Shown: positions 62,493 through 64,000 of the stretch, piece after piece
Layout: each line of letters begins with the position of its first letter
How positions within the stretch are numbered: position 1 is the stretch's first letter
Source: Azolla caroliniana
Lineage: Eukaryota; Plantae; Polypodiophyta
DNA: 64,000 bases
NCBI GenBank assembly: GCA_043228905.1
Contig: JBHGNT010000014.1
Coordinates: 13,454,001-13,518,000, forward strand
Direction: 5' to 3'
Notes under the pieces: generated by a model
The model's database searches: none
Told to the model about the DNA's origin: nothing
The model's input: only the letters and a program-made list of their open reading frames with translations
Position numbers and translations under genes: made by a program

Positions 62493-64000
62493 TGTCGTGT
62501 TATTACGCAAGTGCGTGTGGAAACGAGGCGGGACCGCGGGGGTCTCGAACCAAAGAGCAAGCGAGGGAGGAGAAAGAGAGAGAACCGGCTACGCAGGACC
62601 GGGGATACACAGGGACACGGCCCTTCAGCACGGAGAACGCGAACGAACACCGACACAGACAGATGCGAATGACTAAATATATATATCAAGAATGGCTAAC
62701 ACGACTACAACCCTCGATGGGGCACAGGTTGGTTACAACCGAACAGGCCGGCGAACAGATGCCGATGCCTGTTCGCTTCAACGCACAAAGGGGTTGCCGG
62801 TCGGAGGTGCTGCCGGAAGCACTCGGGCGTTCCTCGAAACAGCGCAAGCCTCCTCGGAACCCTGCACAGAAAAGCTATGGAGCTCAAGAAGGAAGGAAAC
62901 AGAGGGCGAAGCGTCCAGAAACGGTCCGACAACACTTCGTCCTCTCCACGCGAGATCCCCCTGCAATAGCTCTTTCCTGCTCCTTATATAGGCCGACGAG
63001 CAGGCCGTCACGTCAGCTTTATTCCCTGTCCCTTTTGGACAGGGATTCGCTTCGTCCTTCACGCATCCGCGTAGTTACGCCGCCGACTCGTACAGTTCCT
63101 TCGCTTGCGCGCGCGACCGAAAAGACTGTTCGCGCGGTCTTTGTCTCCACTCGTGTTAGGGCCCGTTCCCGCCGATTATCCTCCTAATTCGCTTCTATGT
63201 ACAACTCGGAGCGTGCGCGCGTGAAGAACCGGTTCCCACGCCTTGGTGCGCCGATTCCGCCTATGGACGGTTTTCTTCACGACATCCGCCCCCACCTAAC
63301 CGTGCATCCTCCGGTATGCACCAAGAGAGTTGGGACGGAGAAAACCGGCCCGTCTTCATTTCTTCGCCCGTCGGTTCTTCCTCGTTTTCGGATCTTTCGT
63401 CACTGCTGACTAGGAGAGCTGGGTCTGGCTCGTCGTCGTGTCGCTTCTTGAACGCTTTGATCCGCTTCCCTGCAACCGGTATCGCCATTCTCGTGCCGTC
63501 TAGTTCCGCCAGGTGATATGTTCCGTTGTCATTGGCGCTCCGCACCACGTAAGGCCCGAACCACCTTTGTGCGAACTTCCGTGTAGCTCGGTGCTGGTTG
63601 TCGAGGCTGCTGTCGTAGACGAGCACCCAGTCACCTTCGTCGATTTTCTTCGGTCGTAGCCGGTGCGTTCGGTCGAACCGGGCTTTGTTCTTTGTCCTCG
63701 CCACCCGGAGCTTCTCCGTAGCCAGTGCCACGTCCTCCGGTCTCCGCTCGAGCTGTCGTATACGTGCGGCCAACAACTCCTCCCGGCTCATCTCGTCCCT
63801 CCAGTCGACCGTTGCCCACGAGGAGATCGTCCGTTCAATCGGCATGATCGGCTTCTGGCCGAACATGAGCTCCGTCGGCATGTACCCGGTTACCGAACTG
63901 TGCGTGGTCCGGTCTGCCCACAAAGCATAAGGTAGCAGCCGCGGCCAGTTACCGACTCGGCCTCCGCATGCCCGAATCAACGCCTTGACGATCGGTCCGT
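62493..64000 (-). mobile_element. 3' end of non-chromovirus Gypsy element E: 3' LTR 62493-63284, PPT, integrase C-terminus
   Basis: TGTCGTG...CACGACA termini; minus-strand PPT AGGTGGGGGCGGA; open ORF with WPRLLPYALWADRTT and WFGPY, no chromodomain. Confidence 0.92.

Noticed and set aside
62492-63187. 231-aa ORF and overlapping ORFs
   Set aside because: They lie within the GC-rich LTR of element E and have no recognisable motifs

Overview
Eukaryotic nuclear DNA, most likely from a non-seed land plant (inferred from the Tcn1-like chromoviruses, RTE LINEs and plant-type gene). About 80% is nested transposon. Gypsy content: four Tcn1/Tf1-like chromovirus copies (one intact with apparently identical LTRs, 47487-53421), two non-chromovirus elements (one with a visible tRNA-Trp PBS) and a very young gag-only non-autonomous element (21331-24849, 4-bp TSD). 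Also present: four Copia elements or fragments, a hAT transposase relic, a hAT MITE and RTE LINE fragments. There is one intact host gene, a 7-exon HIRIP3/Chz1-like histone chaperone (29990-37605), and scrambled Spb1/FTSJ3 pseudogene fragments. Main observations: (1) nearly every Gypsy LTR, across unrelated lineages, carries an antisense tRNA-like A-box/B-box cassette in U3; (2) the chromoviruses have a PBS complementary to their own transcript 5' end, with compensatory changes between families (self-priming); (3) a conserved G-UUA-AAC slippery site plus pseudoknot sits at the gag/pol junction; (4) perfect heat-shock elements lie in the chromovirus LTRs; (5) a tandem array of convergent tRNA-like pairs sits just upstream of the host gene. 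All alignments were done by eye and no database searches were run.
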